A DNA stretch of 64,000 nucleotides from an uncultured Actinomycetota bacterium (GTDB lineage Bacteria; Actinomycetota; Actinomycetes; Mycobacteriales; Mycobacteriaceae), in assembly GCA_963733755.1 (NCBI GenBank), contig CAVTEZ010000008.1:48328-112327 (forward strand), in the 5' to 3' direction. The notes beneath the pieces are model-generated. The model did not search any database. It was not told the DNA's origin and saw only the letters and a program-made list of their open reading frames with translations. Below, in pieces: positions 21,364 to 34,209 of this stretch; within the stretch, counting starts at the first letter, position 1; each line of letters starts with the position of its first letter. The translations under genes and the position numbers were made by a program.

Positions 21364-23313
21364 ATGTGTGGATTGCTGGCCTTCGTGGCTGCCGTGGCCG
21401 GCGCCGAGCCGCCGGACGGCGCGCACGCCACAGCCGAGGCCATCGCGCAGGCATCGCACCTGATGCGCCACCGCGGGCCCGACGAACCGGGCACCTGGGC
21501 CGACCCGGCCGGGACCGTCGTGTTCGGTTTCAACCGGCTGTCCATCATCGACATCGCGCATTCGCATCAGCCACTGCGTTGGGGCCCGCCGGAGCGCCCC
21601 GACCGCTACGAGTTGGTGTTCAACGGTGAGATCTACAACTACCTGGAGCTGCGCGCCGAGCTCGCCGAGCGGCACGGCGCCGTGTTCGTCACCGACGGCG
21701 ATGGCGAGGCCATCGTCGCCGCCTACCACTATTGGGGCGCCGACGCCCTGACCCGGCTGCGGGGCATGTTCGCCTTCGCACTGTGGGACACCGTCACCGG
21801 CGAATTGTTCTGCGCCCGAGACCCGTTCGGCATCAAGCCACTGTTCATGGCGACCGGTACCGGTGGCACCGCGGTGGCCAGCGAGAAGAAATGCCTGCTA
21901 GCGCTGGCCGACCTGGTGGGATTCGACACCACGATCGACGACCGTGCCGTTCAGCATTACACCGTGCTGCAGTACGTGCCCGAACCCGAGACACTGCATC
22001 GCGGCGTTCGCCGGCTGGAATCGGGCTGCTATGCGCGGGTTCGTCCCGGCCAGGCGCCGCAAACCACCCGCTACTTCGTCCCGCGCTTCGATGTGACGCC
22101 GATCTCCCGCGGCACCGAGCAGGCCCGCTACGACGAGATCACCGCCGTCCTCGAGGACTCGGTGGCCAAGCACATGCGCGCCGACGTCACGGTCGGCGCC
22201 TTTCTGTCCGGCGGCATCGACTCGACCGCGATCGCGGCGTTGGCCATCCGGCACAACCCGCGGCTGATCACCTTCACCACCGGCTTCGAACGCGAGGGGT
22301 TCTCCGAGATCGACGTCGCGGTCGCGTCGGCCGAGGCGATCGGCGCGCGCCACATCGCCAAGGTGGTCGCTCCCGACGAATTCGTCGCGGCGCTACCCGA
22401 AATCGTCTGGTATCTCGACGAACCCGTCGCCGATCCGGCGCTGGTACCGCTATTCTTCGTGGCCCGCGAGGCGCGCAAGCACGTCAAGGTGGTGCTGTCC
22501 GGCGAGGGCGCCGACGAGCTGTTCGGCGGCTACACCATCTACCGGGAACCGTTGTCGCTCAAGCCTTTCGACTACTTGCCCCGACCGCTAAGGCGCTCGA
22601 TGAGGACGCTATCCAAACCCCTGCCGGACGGCATGCGGGGCAAAAGCCTGCTGCATCGCGGATCACTGACTCTCGAGCAGCGCTACTACGGCAATGCCCG
22701 CAGCTTCTCCGACGCGCAATTGCGCGACGTGCTGGCCGGATTCCGGCCGGAGTGGACCCACACCGACATCACGGCACCCATCTACGCCGAGTCGGCCGAC
22801 TGGGACCCGGTGGCCCGGATGCAGCACATCGACCTGTTCACCTGGTTGCGCGGCGACATCTTGGTCAAAGCCGACAAGATGACGATGGCGAACTCCCTGG
22901 AACTGCGGGTCCCGTTCCTGGATCCCGAGGTGTTCGCCGTCGCCTCCCGGCTGCCGATCGATGCCAAGATCACCCGCACCACCACCAAATACGCGCTACG
23001 CCGCGCGCTGGAACCGATCGTCCCGCCGCATGTGCTCAACCGGCCGAAACTCGGCTTCCCGGTGCCGATCCGGCATTGGCTGCGCGCCGGCCCGCTGCTG
23101 GAGTGGGCGCATGAAATGGTGAACGCGTCGGCCACGGACAACCTCATCGACGCCTCGGCTGTTCGCCGAATGTTAGACGAACACCGTTGCGGCACAGCCG
23201 ATCACAGCCGCAGGCTGTGGACGGTGCTGATTTTCATGTTGTGGCACGCGATCTTCGTCGAACACAGCGTGGTGCCGCAGATCAGCGAGCCGCAGTATCC
23301 CGTGCAGCTCTAA
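21364..23313 (+). CDS. asnB: Glutamine-hydrolysing asparagine synthetase-family amidotransferase
   Basis: N-terminal MCG, FNGEIYN, LSGGIDS and SGEGADE. Confidence 0.93.
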   Translation: MCGLLAFVAAVAGAEPPDGAHATAEAIAQASHLMRHRGPDEPGTWADPAGTVVFGFNRLSIIDIAHSHQPLRWGPPERPDRYELVFNGEIYNYLELRAELAERHGAVFVTDGDGEAIVAAYHYWGADALTRLRGMFAFALWDTVTGELFCARDPFGIKPLFMATGTGGTAVASEKKCLLALADLVGFDTTIDDRAVQHYTVLQYVPEPETLHRGVRRLESGCYARVRPGQAPQTTRYFVPRFDVTPISRGTEQARYDEITAVLEDSVAKHMRADVTVGAFLSGGIDSTAIAALAIRHNPRLITFTTGFEREGFSEIDVAVASAEAIGARHIAKVVAPDEFVAALPEIVWYLDEPVADPALVPLFFVAREARKHVKVVLSGEGADELFGGYTIYREPLSLKPFDYLPRPLRRSMRTLSKPLPDGMRGKSLLHRGSLTLEQRYYGNARSFSDAQLRDVLAGFRPEWTHTDITAPIYAESADWDPVARMQHIDLFTWLRGDILVKADKMTMANSLELRVPFLDPEVFAVASRLPIDAKITRTTTKYALRRALEPIVPPHVLNRPKLGFPVPIRHWLRAGPLLEWAHEMVNASATDNLIDASAVRRMLDEHRCGTADHSRRLWTVLIFMLWHAIFVEHSVVPQISEPQYPVQL

Positions 23314-23322
23314 AACGGGGAG

Positions 23323-25102
<1,780 letters not shown>

Positions 25103-25118
25103 CGGCGCTGACCGAACG

Positions 25119-25475
25119 TCAGTTGAAGGAGTCGCCGCAGGCGCAGGAGCCGGTGGCGTTCGGGTTGTCGATGGTGAAACCCTGCTTCTCGATGGTGTCG
25201 ACGAAGTCGATGGAGGCGCCCTGCAGGTACGGCGCGCTCATCCGGTCGACGGTCAACTTCACACCGCCGAAGTCGGCGGTGAGGTCGCCGTCGAGCGCGC
25301 GGTCGTCGAAGAACAGGTTGTAGCGCAGGCCGGCGCATCCCCCGGGCTGGACGGCGATGCGCAGCGACAGGTCGTCGCGTCCCTCCTGATCCAGCAGTGA
25401 CTTCGCCTTGGCTGCCGCGGCGTCCGTCAAGATCGCGCCGTGGGTTGTGGCGGCTGACTCTTCCTGAACAGTCAT
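25119..25475 (-). CDS. HesB/IscA iron-sulfur cluster A-type carrier (Rv2204c-like)
   Basis: GGCAG and CACGDSF motifs. Confidence 0.92.
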   Translation of the reverse strand: MTVQEESAATTHGAILTDAAAAKAKSLLDQEGRDDLSLRIAVQPGGCAGLRYNLFFDDRALDGDLTADFGGVKLTVDRMSAPYLQGASIDFVDTIEKQGFTIDNPNATGSCACGDSFN

Positions 25476-25553
25476 TGCTTCTCCCTGTAAGTTCTCGGGT
25501 CGGTCGCTGGGCTCGTCGCCGGGCATTGGCCGCGGGCGAACAAACCCACCTCC

Positions 25554-26640
25554 TCAAAGGTACCTTGTTGCGCCGCTATTCCCGAGTCGCGCCGCAATCT
25601 GCGAGGCCAGCCCCATCAGCTGGTTGGCGGCATCGGCCATGGCCAGCCGCACCGAACCGGCGTAGTCGGCAACCGCGAAGGCCGCCAGAATGCCTGCCGA
25701 ATGAAAGGCAGGCTCGTCCACAGTGACCTGACCGGCCAGCACCACCACCGGCTTCTGCGACGATCGCGCCGCTGCGGCCAGCGCACCGACCACCTTGCCG
25801 CGCAGGGACTGGTCGTCGAATTTCCCTTCACCGGTGACCACCAGGTCGATGGCGGCCAGGTCACCGGCCAGATCCGGTGTGCTCCGCGATGATCGATGCC
25901 CCCGATTCACACCGGCCGCCAAGTGCCAGCAGCGCCGCACCGATCCCACCGGCCGCCCCGGCGCCCGACTCCGCGCTGACCGGGCGCCCGACGGTGGCGT
26001 CCAGTTCGTCACCCCACTGGGCCAGCCGCTGCTCAAGGGCGACCACGGTAACCGGATCGGCACCCTTTTGCGGGCCGAAGACGCGGGCCGCTCCCCACGG
26101 CCCGGTCAGCGGGTATTCGACGTCGCACGCCGCGATCAGCTCGACGCCGGCAAGCAGTCGCCGTCCCGCATCGAGACCGCCGAGCTCGTCGATCAAGCCA
26201 CGGCCACCGTCCGTGCTCGAGCTGCCGCCAAGGCCGACGACGATGCGGGCGGCGCCCGCGTCCACCGCCGCGGCGATCAGCCGGCCAACTCCCCTGCTGT
26301 GCGCCGTGAGCGCCGTCTGCGGTGTCGGCGGGCCACCGAGCAGGGCCAATCCGCACGCCTGCGCGCATTCCAGGTACGCCGTGGCAGACGCCGGATCCAG
26401 CAGCCACTCAGCCCGCACGTCGTCGGTCAGCGGACCGCGCACCAGCAGGTGCCGCCGTTCCCCCAGCCGCCGAGCCAGTACGTCGACGAACCCCGGGCCG
26501 CCGTCGGATTGCGGGGCAACCACCAAGTGGTCGGCCGGGCGCACCCGGTTCCAGCCAGCTGCGATGGCCGCAGCCGCCTCGACGGCGGTCAGGCTGTCGC
26601 CGTAGCTGTCGGGGGCAATAAGCATCCGCAGGGTCGGCAT
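25554..26640 (-). CDS. glxK: Glycerate kinase (Rv2205c-like), split by a +1 frameshift near 25875
   Basis: [16 protein letters not shown] and GAAGG in one frame; [18 protein letters not shown] in another. Confidence 0.82.
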
Positions 26641-26735
26641 CCGCTGCACCGACTCACTCATCTGAGCAAGACTAGGGCGCTCGATTGCCCCGGCCATTTT
26701 CGCCGACACCTCCGCCGCGAAGTAACCTGGCGAAC

Positions 26736-27407
26736 GTGAAACTGCTGGGGCGTAAGAAAGACGAGGGCGGCACCGATGCCGCGACACCGGTGGAGGCCGC
26801 AGAGGTCTCCGATGCCGAGCTGTCGTCCGCGCCCCGGCAGACCACCGCACCCAAAGGGCGGCCCACACCGCGACGCAACGCCGGGCGCAAGGGCCCGGTC
26901 GCGCCGGCGCCGATGACGTCGTCGGAGGCGCGGGCGCGGCGAAAGTCACTGGCGGGCCCCAAGCTCAGTCGCGAGGAACGCCGCGAACAGAGCACCGTGC
27001 GGCGAGCCCAGATGGCCGATCGGCGTGAGCACATGATGGCCGGCGACGAGCGCTACCTGCTGTCTCGCGACCAGGGCCCGGTGCGCCGGTACGTCCGTGA
27101 CGTGGTGGACGCCCGTCGCAACGTGCTCGGGCTGTTCATGCCGGCGGCCCTGGCGCTGCTGTTCATCATGTTCGCCGTGCCGCAGCTTCAGTTCTATATC
27201 TCACCGGCCATGCTTGTCCTGATGGCTCTGATGGCGATCGACGGGCTCCTCCTCGCCCGCAAGGTCGCCCGACTGGTGGACGAGAAGTTTCCGGAGAACA
27301 CCGAAAGTCGTTGGAAATTAGGGCTTTACGCATCCAGTCGGGCCTCCCAAATGCGCCGGATGCGGGCACCGCGACCCCAAGTCAAGCACGGCGCCAGTGT
27401 CGATTAG
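26736..27407 (+). CDS. DUF3043-type membrane protein (Rv2206-like)
   Basis: KGRPTPRR...[15 protein letters not shown]...RRMRAPRP; two TM segments. Confidence 0.78.
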   Translation: MKLLGRKKDEGGTDAATPVEAAEVSDAELSSAPRQTTAPKGRPTPRRNAGRKGPVAPAPMTSSEARARRKSLAGPKLSREERREQSTVRRAQMADRREHMMAGDERYLLSRDQGPVRRYVRDVVDARRNVLGLFMPAALALLFIMFAVPQLQFYISPAMLVLMALMAIDGLLLARKVARLVDEKFPENTESRWKLGLYASSRASQMRRMRAPRPQVKHGASVD

Positions 27408-27435
27408 ACCTGGCCGGAAAGCTGATTGATCCACG

Positions 27436-27972
27436 GTGCGAACCCTGGTGCTCGGCGGAGTCAGGTCAGGAAAGTCCCGGTGGGCGGAAGCCGCCATCGC
27501 CGAGTCACTGCAACCCGATCAGTCCGTGCAGTACGTAGCGACCGGACAGGTCGTCGACAACGATCCGGAATGGTGCGGGCGCATCGTCGAGCATCGGGAC
27601 CGCCGGCCGTCACATTGGACCACAGTCGAAACCGGCGACGTCGCAGCGCAATTGCGGCGATCTCCGGACACGGCAATCCTGGTCGATGATGTCGGCAGCT
27701 GGCTGACCGCCACCCTGGATCGGCGCCAGGCGTGGGACGGCGGGTCGGTGGCGGCCGACCTCGACGACCTGACGGCCGCGGTCGCGGAATTCAGCTCACC
27801 GCTGGTACTGGTCAGCCCGGAAGTCGGGCTGACGGCCGTGGCCGCCACCACGTCGGCCCGCCGGTTCACCGACGAGCTGGGCACCCTCAACCAGCGGTTG
27901 GCGACACTCTGCGAGCGGGTGGTACTCGTTGTGGCCGGACATCCTGTGCCGATCAAGCAGCCCGGGGCATGA
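27436..27972 (+). CDS. cobU: Adenosylcobinamide kinase / guanylyltransferase
   Basis: [10 protein letters not shown]-loop, HRDRRP, VSPEVG and LVVAG. Confidence 0.88.
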   Translation: MRTLVLGGVRSGKSRWAEAAIAESLQPDQSVQYVATGQVVDNDPEWCGRIVEHRDRRPSHWTTVETGDVAAQLRRSPDTAILVDDVGSWLTATLDRRQAWDGGSVAADLDDLTAAVAEFSSPLVLVSPEVGLTAVAATTSARRFTDELGTLNQRLATLCERVVLVVAGHPVPIKQPGA

Positions 27973-29021
27973 CGATGTTCGCGCCGGTGGCGCCTCCCGA
28001 CACAGCCGCTGCGGCGGCTGCCCGTGCGCGCCAGGACACCCTCACCAAACCGCGCGGTGCGCTGGGCCGCCTCGAAGATCTGTCGGTCTGGGTTGCGTCG
28101 TGTCAAGGACATTGCCCACCAACACAATTCGAACGCGTTCGGATCGTGGTGTTCGCGGGAGACCACGGTGTCGCGCGGTCGGGGGTATCGGCCTACCCGC
28201 CGGAGGTCACCGGACAGATGGTCGCCAACATCGCCGCCGGCGGCGCGGCGATCAACGCGCTGGCCGATATCGCCGGGGCAACGGTGCGCGTCGTCGACCT
28301 CGCCGTGGACGCCGACCCGGTGTCCCGGCAGATCGGCGCCCACAAGGTGCGACGAAGCAGCGGAGACATCGCCGTAGAGGACGCGCTCACCGAGCAGGAA
28401 ACCCGCGACGCCATCGCTGCCGGCCGCCAGATCGCCGATCAGGAGGTCGACGCCGGCGCCGACCTTCTGATCGCGGGCGACATGGGCATCGGAAACACCA
28501 CCGCGGCAACGGTTCTCGTTGCCGCGGTGACGGGCGTCGAGCCGGTCGCCGCGGTCGGCTACGGAACCGGAATAGACGACGCCGGCTGGGTCCGTAAGAC
28601 CGCGGCGGTGCGTGATGCGCTGTTTCGCGTCCAGCCCGTGATCGCCGCCCCGGTCGCAACGCTGCAATGTTGCGGCGGAGCCGATTTGGCCGGGCTGGCC
28701 GGCTTCTGCGCGCAGGCCGCGGTGCGGCGCACACCCGTGCTACTCGACGGCATGGTGGTGACGGCCGCGGCATTGATCGCCGAACAACTGGCGCCGGGTG
28801 CCCGGCTGTGGTGGCAGGCCGGCCATCTCTCCACCGAGCCCGCGCATGCGCTCGCGCTGGCTCAGCTTGGCCTAGACCCGATCCTGGATCTGAAAATGCG
28901 ACTCGGCGAGGGCACCGGCGCGGCGGTGGCACTACCGGTGCTGCGAGCTGCGGTGGCCGCGTTGTCGTCGATGGCGACATTTGCCGAAGCCAACGTCGCC
29001 GACCGCCCTTCATCATCGTGA
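27969..29021 (+). CDS. cobT: Nicotinate-nucleotide-dimethylbenzimidazole phosphoribosyltransferase
   Basis: [27 protein letters not shown] and RLGEGTGA. Confidence 0.92.
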   Translation: MTMFAPVAPPDTAAAAAARARQDTLTKPRGALGRLEDLSVWVASCQGHCPPTQFERVRIVVFAGDHGVARSGVSAYPPEVTGQMVANIAAGGAAINALADIAGATVRVVDLAVDADPVSRQIGAHKVRRSSGDIAVEDALTEQETRDAIAAGRQIADQEVDAGADLLIAGDMGIGNTTAATVLVAAVTGVEPVAAVGYGTGIDDAGWVRKTAAVRDALFRVQPVIAAPVATLQCCGGADLAGLAGFCAQAAVRRTPVLLDGMVVTAAALIAEQLAPGARLWWQAGHLSTEPAHALALAQLGLDPILDLKMRLGEGTGAAVALPVLRAAVAALSSMATFAEANVADRPSSS

Positions 29022-29758
29022 TTGGCTCGCTGACAACAGCTTTCGCCTTCGAGACGGTTCTCCCGGCCCCTCGCAGATCGGATCGGCCGTTCGGCCGCGG
29101 TGCGATGACCGCACTGCCGGTGGTCGGCGCGGCATTGGGCGCGCTGGTCGCGGCAGTGACGTGGACCGGTGGGTTCGCCTTCGGTGCGGGTCATGCGCTG
29201 GCGGGCATGCTCGGGGTGGCCATACTGCTGGCAGTCACCCGTGGCTTGCACATCGACGGTGTCGCGGATACCGCAGACGGCCTGGGCTGCTACGGGCCGC
29301 CCGAGCGCGCGCTGCAGGTGATGCGCGACGGGTCGACCGGACCATTCGGCGTGGCAACCATCGTGTTGGTGATCGTCCTTCAGGGACTGGCATTTTCGGC
29401 GCTGTCCGCGGCCGGGATCGTGGTCGCCGTGTGCGCCGGCCGGGTAGCGGCGGTGCTGGCCTGCCACCGGGGATTGCCGGGCGCGCCAGGAAGCGTATTG
29501 GGTGCCCGGGTCGTTGGCAGCCAGTCCGCGCCGGTGGTGATTGGCTGGGTGGTCGTGCTGCTCGCCGCTTCTTCGGCGGCGGGCCGGCATCCGTGGCAGG
29601 GCCCGGTGGCGGTCCTGGTTTCGCTCAGCTGCGCCGCGCTGCTGGTCCGGCACTGCATACGTCGATTCGGTGGCGTCAACGGCGATGTGCTGGGCGCCGT
29701 AATCGAATCGACCACGACCATCGCCGCCGTCCTGCTGGCCGCGCTGTTACGGCTCTGA
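29018..29758 (+). CDS. cobS: Cobalamin (5'-phosphate) synthase
   Basis: [18 protein letters not shown] and [10 protein letters not shown]. Confidence 0.9.
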   Translation: MIGSLTTAFAFETVLPAPRRSDRPFGRGAMTALPVVGAALGALVAAVTWTGGFAFGAGHALAGMLGVAILLAVTRGLHIDGVADTADGLGCYGPPERALQVMRDGSTGPFGVATIVLVIVLQGLAFSALSAAGIVVAVCAGRVAAVLACHRGLPGAPGSVLGARVVGSQSAPVVIGWVVVLLAASSAAGRHPWQGPVAVLVSLSCAALLVRHCIRRFGGVNGDVLGAVIESTTTIAAVLLAALLRL

Positions 29759-29762
29759 CCGC

Positions 29763-30869
29763 TCAGCCCAGCCGTGACATCCAGCCGTGCGTGTCAGCGA
29801 AGGTGCCTCGCTGAATTCCGGTGAGGGTGTCCCGCAACGCCATCGTCACCTCGCCGGATTCGCCATCGCCGATCGTGAATTCGCTTTCGCCATACTTCAC
29901 GTTCGAGACCGGGGTGATGACCGCGGCCGTACCGCAGGCGAACACCTCGGTGATCTCGCCGGCGGCGGCTTTCTTCTGCCACTCGTCCATGTCGATCTTG
30001 CGTTCCTCGATGGCAAACCCGGCGTCGGTTGCCAACTGCAGCAGCGAATCTCGAGTGATCCCCGGCAGCAGCGAACCGGACAGTTCCGGGGTGACCAAGC
30101 GGGCCGATCCACCGCTGCCGAACACGAAGAACAGGTTCATCCCGCCCATCTCTTCGATGTAGCGGCGCTCAACAGCGTCGAGCCACACGACCTGTTCGCA
30201 GCCGTGCTCGGCGGCCTCGGCCTGAGCGACCAGCGAGGCGGCATAGTTGCCGCCGAACTTCGCTGCACCGGTGCCACCGGGGCTGGCTCGCACGTAATCC
30301 GTTGAGACCCAGACAGTTACCGGCTTGATGCCGTGCTTGAAGTACGCGCCGGCCGGTGAGGCGATCACTAGGTAGCGGTACTGCTTCGCCGGGCGGACCC
30401 CCAAACCCGGCTCAGTGGCGAAGATGAACGGGCGCAGATACAGCGACTCCTCGCCGCCGGCCGGCGGAACCCAGACATTGTCGACAGCGATCAGCTGACG
30501 CAGCGATTCGAGAAACAGCTCATCGGGCAGTTCGGGAATGGCGATCCGCTGCGCAGAGGCCTGCATCCGTGCGGCGTTGGCTTCGGCGCGAAACGACACG
30601 ATCGACCCGTCCGCCCAGCGATAGGCCTTGAGTCCTTCGAAGATTTCCTGCGCGTAATGCAGCACGATCGCCGAGGGATCCAATTCGATCGGCCCGTATG
30701 CGCAAACCTGCGCGTCGTGCCAACCCTGGTCGTCGGTGTAGTCGATCGACACCATGTGGTCGGTGTGATACTTGCCGAAGCCGGGGTCGGCGAGGATCGC
30801 CTGGCGCGCGTCGTCGCTAGCCGGGTTTGCGGTGCGTGACACCGTGAACCCGAGGACGTCGCTGGTCAT
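29763..30869 (-). CDS. ilvE: Branched-chain amino acid aminotransferase
   Basis: [29 protein letters not shown] and [10 protein letters not shown]. Confidence 0.94.
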   Translation of the reverse strand: MTSDVLGFTVSRTANPASDDARQAILADPGFGKYHTDHMVSIDYTDDQGWHDAQVCAYGPIELDPSAIVLHYAQEIFEGLKAYRWADGSIVSFRAEANAARMQASAQRIAIPELPDELFLESLRQLIAVDNVWVPPAGGEESLYLRPFIFATEPGLGVRPAKQYRYLVIASPAGAYFKHGIKPVTVWVSTDYVRASPGGTGAAKFGGNYAASLVAQAEAAEHGCEQVVWLDAVERRYIEEMGGMNLFFVFGSGGSARLVTPELSGSLLPGITRDSLLQLATDAGFAIEERKIDMDEWQKKAAAGEITEVFACGTAAVITPVSNVKYGESEFTIGDGESGEVTMALRDTLTGIQRGTFADTHGWMSRLG

Positions 30870-30955
30870 ATGCGCCGCTCCTCCTCATCGCTTCGTCCCC
30901 CTCGCCGCTGCGCGGCCGGAGGCACCCCCACTGCGTCGTCGCCGGCGCAGGTCAT
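30866..30955 (-). repeat. MIRU element forming a 29-aa leader ORF coupled to ilvE
   Basis: [29 protein letters not shown]. The stop overlaps the ilvE ATG and ATGACC occurs at both ends. Confidence 0.75.
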
Positions 30956-30961
30956 CAGGTG

Positions 30962-30967
30962 ATTGTA
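30962..30967 (-). promoter_or_regulatory. -10 element TACAAT upstream of the MIRU/ilvE unit
   Basis: TACAAT-CACCTG-ATG, which is leaderless-transcript geometry. Confidence 0.55.
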
Positions 30968-30977
30968 TAACCGGGCG

Positions 30978-32075
30978 CTATCGAGTTTTCGGATCGACAA
31001 ATGGTGGGCGCACCACTTCGCATTCAAGGCCGCGGCCGCGGACGTCGACGGTGACGTGCTGGCCGTCCTCGATACCTGCGTCAACATCGATCAGCGCCAA
31101 CGCAATACCGACTTTCAGCGTCGGGGAGAACGTGCCCGATGTGGTGACCCCGACGGTGGTGTCCCCGTCGAGAACGTTCAAGCCGGGCCGAAGCACACCG
31201 CGCCCGACCGCACGCAGACCCCGCAGCAGGCGCCGCGGACCCGCCTCCTTCTCGGCTAGCAGCGCGTCGCGGCCGAAAAACGCGTCCTTCTTCCACCCGA
31301 TCGCCCAGCCGCAGCGAGCCTGCAATGGCGAGATGTCGGCCGACAATTCGTGGCCGTGCAGCGGATAACCCATCTCGGTGCGCAGCGTGTCGCGCGCGCC
31401 GAGGCCGGCCGGCTGTCCGTCCGCACGGGTGACCGCGGCCAGCAGCACGTCGAATACCACCCCGGCCGAGTCCCACGGCGGCAGCAGCTCGTAGCCGTGC
31501 TCACCGGTGTATCCGCTGCGGCACACTCGCACCGGCACGCCTTCGAGCGCCGCGTCGGCATAACCCATGTAGTCCATGTCGGTTGGCAAGCCCAGTTCGG
31601 TGAGAACTTCGGTCGACCGCGGGCCTTGCACGGCGAGCACAGCGTAGGACCGGTGCTCGTCGGTGATGCTGATATCCGCGGGCGCGGCATCTTTCAGCGC
31701 GGCGACCACGGCGGCGGTGTTGGCGGCGTTGGGCACCAGGAACATTTCGTCGGGTCCGACGTAGTAGGCGATCAGATCGTCGATAACCCCGCCAGATTCG
31801 TTGCAGCACAACGTGTATTGAGCCTTGCCCGGCTGGATGCGGTCGAGGTCGTTGGTGAGCGCAGAGTTGACGAACTTCGCGGCGCCGGGCCCGCGAACCA
31901 ACGCCTTGCCGAGGTGACTGACATCGAACAGGCCGACGGCGTTGCGGGTTGCGGTGTGCTCGGCGACGGTGCCTGCATACGACACCGGCATCAGCCATCC
32001 ACCGAACTCGGCGAAAGTCGCACCGTGCTCGCGGTGGCGGTCGTCAAGCGGTCCGTGTAAGAGGTCATCGCTCAT
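30978..32075 (-). CDS. gcvT: Glycine cleavage aminomethyltransferase
   Basis: [30 protein letters not shown] and [12 protein letters not shown]. Confidence 0.93.
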   Translation of the reverse strand: MSDDLLHGPLDDRHREHGATFAEFGGWLMPVSYAGTVAEHTATRNAVGLFDVSHLGKALVRGPGAAKFVNSALTNDLDRIQPGKAQYTLCCNESGGVIDDLIAYYVGPDEMFLVPNAANTAAVVAALKDAAPADISITDEHRSYAVLAVQGPRSTEVLTELGLPTDMDYMGYADAALEGVPVRVCRSGYTGEHGYELLPPWDSAGVVFDVLLAAVTRADGQPAGLGARDTLRTEMGYPLHGHELSADISPLQARCGWAIGWKKDAFFGRDALLAEKEAGPRRLLRGLRAVGRGVLRPGLNVLDGDTTVGVTTSGTFSPTLKVGIALALIDVDAGIEDGQHVTVDVRGRGLECEVVRPPFVDPKTR

Positions 32076-32090
32076 AGGCATTTCACCCTA

Positions 32091-33218
32091 ATGCGAGCCG
32101 CGACTGGCACACTTGGCCAGGTGGTCGATTCCCTGGACTTCGATGCCATGCAGGCTGCGGGGATCGCTGACGCACGCGCGCGAGCCGGGCTGCTCGAGTA
32201 CTTGGCGGGCCTCGGTTTCACCGTGGACGAGATGGCCGAGGCCGAGCGCAACGGCCGCCTTTTCGGACTGGCCGGTGACGCCCTGCTGCGGTCCGGACCC
32301 CAGATTTACACGCTGCGGACTGCCGCAGATTCGATCGGTGTGACGTTAGAGGAGGTCGAACGCGGCTGGGCCATGCTCGGCCTGACTGTCGCGGACCCGG
32401 ATACGCCGGCGTTGAGTCAGGCCGACGTCGACGGCCTGGCGACCTGGGTGGCGATGAGGATGCAGATGGGCCCCGACGCCGCCGATGGTTTCCTGCGGGT
32501 CCTCGGAGCGAACGTGGCCCGGGTGGCCGAGGCCGTCTCGTCGATGATCCGGACGAGCCGGCCCAAAATGTGGCTCGGCGACAGCGGCGACGAACTCACC
32601 ACCGCGCAGGTCTACCGCGAGGCCGCAGAGTTCGTCCCCCGCCTCGGGACAATGATCGACGCCGTCCACCGCCACCATCTGGTCAGCACTCGAACGTTCA
32701 TCGAGGGGGTCGTCAGCGGCCCGTCGGCGAACCTGGAGTGCGGCGTCGGGTTTGCGGATCTCTCCGGTTTCACGGCGCTGACTCAGACGCTGACACCGGC
32801 CGAATTGTCGGCGATGCTCACCGAATTCGGCGCCACGGTCAGCGACGTGGTGCATGCCGACGGCGGCCGGGTGGTGAAGTTTCTCGGCGACGCGGTGATG
32901 TGGGTGAGCCCGAAACCGGAGCGGCTGGCCAGGGCTGCTCTCGACCTCGTCGACCATCCGCGGGCCCGCGAGGCCGGGCTGCAAGTCCGCGCCGGCCTGG
33001 GTTACGGACCCATCCTGGCGTTGGGCGGTGATTACTACGGCAACGCGGTCAACCTGGCCGCCCGGCTGGTGGCCGCGGCGGCGCCGGGACAGATCCTGGC
33101 CGCCGAGGAGGTTTACCAGCAATTGCCGCAGTGGCCCGCCGTCGTCCAGGAACCATTGCAGCTCAAGGGTTTCGATTCCCCGGTGATCGCTTACGAGCTG
33201 GGCCGGGCAGGGGCCTGA
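32091..33218 (+). CDS. Class III adenylate cyclase (Rv2212-like)
   Basis: GFADLSGFT, VKFLGDAVM, GDYYGNAVNLAARL and LKGF. Confidence 0.88.
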   Translation: MRAATGTLGQVVDSLDFDAMQAAGIADARARAGLLEYLAGLGFTVDEMAEAERNGRLFGLAGDALLRSGPQIYTLRTAADSIGVTLEEVERGWAMLGLTVADPDTPALSQADVDGLATWVAMRMQMGPDAADGFLRVLGANVARVAEAVSSMIRTSRPKMWLGDSGDELTTAQVYREAAEFVPRLGTMIDAVHRHHLVSTRTFIEGVVSGPSANLECGVGFADLSGFTALTQTLTPAELSAMLTEFGATVSDVVHADGGRVVKFLGDAVMWVSPKPERLARAALDLVDHPRAREAGLQVRAGLGYGPILALGGDYYGNAVNLAARLVAAAAPGQILAAEEVYQQLPQWPAVVQEPLQLKGFDSPVIAYELGRAGA

Positions 33219-34096
33219 TCCGGCTGCTCGGCATCGAGGTAAGCGACCTCGACACCGGCTTGAAACGACAACGCCGCGCTTTGCGCCAGCATCAGCGCAG
33301 CGAAGACCGCCACCCAAAGCCACGCCTCACCCGCAGCGAGATGCGCGGCCGGATTCCGCATCGGTAGCGCCGTCACGGCGCGTACGACCGCGGAGATCAC
33401 CACGGCGACGGTGACGTACGGAAGGGCGGTGCGGAGTTCTTGGACGCGAGGGCCCGAAGGCGTTTTCGACAACCGCCGAGAGCGTCCGACAAACCACACC
33501 GCCGCGCTGACAGCGAGCACCGCCAGCGCTATCGGAACCGAGAGGTTGTTGGCGTCATCCCACAACGGCTGAAGGGGTTGTCGTGTTGTCGGGTCAGCCA
33601 GAGCGAGGGCCAGATCAGAGACCGTCGCCTCGATGAAGAAGACGGCGATCGGCGGAACCAACACCGTGACAATGAATACGCAGTGTTTCGCGAGCGTCTC
33701 CGCCGAACCCGACACGAACTGCACGACCGCGTACAGCAACATGTAGACGGATGCCACAAAGGAGATGCCGCCGAGCAATTCCGCCGACGCGGCCCGGCCG
33801 CCGGTCAGCGAGCAGCCATTTTCTCCGGCCAGCAAGCTGTATTGGATGGCCGACAAGAACAGTCCCAGAAACGCACTCATCAACGCGACGCCGGTCAACG
33901 TCTCGTGCTCGATCTCATGCGCGGCCCGCGATTTACCGTTGCCGCGACTTCGATAGCCGCGGTCCAGCACGAGGTTGATCACGACGAATGCAAAACCGGC
34001 GAGGACACCGGCCAACTGCGCGTAGTTCCTTGCCACGATCGATATGTCGAAGCCAGTCCACAGCACGCAGGAATCGGCAATTTGTCCTGTCGGCAT
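33191..34096 (-). CDS. Hypothetical multi-pass membrane protein (about 7 TM)
   Basis: 301-aa ORF with regular hydrophobic segments; no family recognised; start uncertain. Confidence 0.65.
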   Translation of the reverse strand: MPTGQIADSCVLWTGFDISIVARNYAQLAGVLAGFAFVVINLVLDRGYRSRGNGKSRAAHEIEHETLTGVALMSAFLGLFLSAIQYSLLAGENGCSLTGGRAASAELLGGISFVASVYMLLYAVVQFVSGSAETLAKHCVFIVTVLVPPIAVFFIEATVSDLALALADPTTRQPLQPLWDDANNLSVPIALAVLAVSAAVWFVGRSRRLSKTPSGPRVQELRTALPYVTVAVVISAVVRAVTALPMRNPAAHLAAGEAWLWVAVFAALMLAQSAALSFQAGVEVAYLDAEQPDQAPARPSS

Positions 34097-34209
34097 CCGC
34101 GAAATAGTAGCGGCACCAACCGCGTGAACAGGGCCAAGACACGGGCGACGCGGAAACTTCCGCGTCATCGGCAGGCAGGCCAAACCGGCGGTCGTTAGGG
34201 TTGATATTC

